This document shows, one piece after another, positions 63,928 through 64,000 of a stretch of 64,000 nt of DNA. This stretch comes from a virus (taxonomy: Duplodnaviria; Caudoviricetes). The notes beneath the pieces are model-generated. The model did not search any database and was not told the origin of the DNA. It was given only the letters and a program-made list of their open reading frames with translations. The stretch covers positions 18,187-82,186 of the IMG/VR virus record IMGVR_UViG_3300035454_001303; one strand, 5' to 3'. The position numbers were made by a program, and so were the translations under genes. Each line of letters opens with the position of its first letter. Positions within the stretch are counted from its first letter, which is position 1.

Positions 63928-64000
63928 GGTTCGAGATAATCAGCCCAATTCTTTTCTATCCTGAATTTAAAAATTTCTATTCAGAATTGAGATATCTCAA

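Noticed and set aside
1-64000. CRISPR array, IS element or rRNA
   Set aside because: No regularly spaced repeat-spacer units, transposase motifs or rRNA sequence seen.

Overview
The window is almost entirely one temperate phage genome. It starts mid-gene at position 1 and ends at a 23-nt tRNA 3'-end att core at 63860-63882. Left part (1-12 kb): a lambdoid-style early region with leftward recombination genes, an atypical tRNA-Met(CAT), three envelope-protein morons, a cI/cro/cII switch with twin promoters and palindromic operators, NinG-like and DUF1064 nucleases, a DNA methyltransferase, a replication initiator with a DnaC-like loader, and ssb. Right part (12-63.7 kb): a complete P1 (Punavirus)-type virion module with PacA/PacB, tail and baseplate genes, gp23 capsid, sheath, tape measure, Hdf/DarA/DdrA/DdrB/DarB/Ulx, portal and protease, followed by a lysis cassette. 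A complete diversity-generating retroelement (C-type-lectin target, Avd, TR, RT; 17 TR-to-VR differences, all at TR adenines) sits where P1 has its Cin-invertible tail-fibre locus; its RT reads YMDN instead of YxDD. The most novel-looking observations are: an 18-aa motif repeated four times after putative protease cleavage sites in the Dar/Ddr polyproteins; a DdrA-ClpP fusion; a secreted protein ending in a type IV pilin-like domain; carbohydrate-binding modules inserted in the tail sheath; and a start-less ORF coupled to the tape-measure gene. Homology calls come from motif reading and my recall of P1 and family sequences, not from database searches. A deltaproteobacterial host is an inference only.
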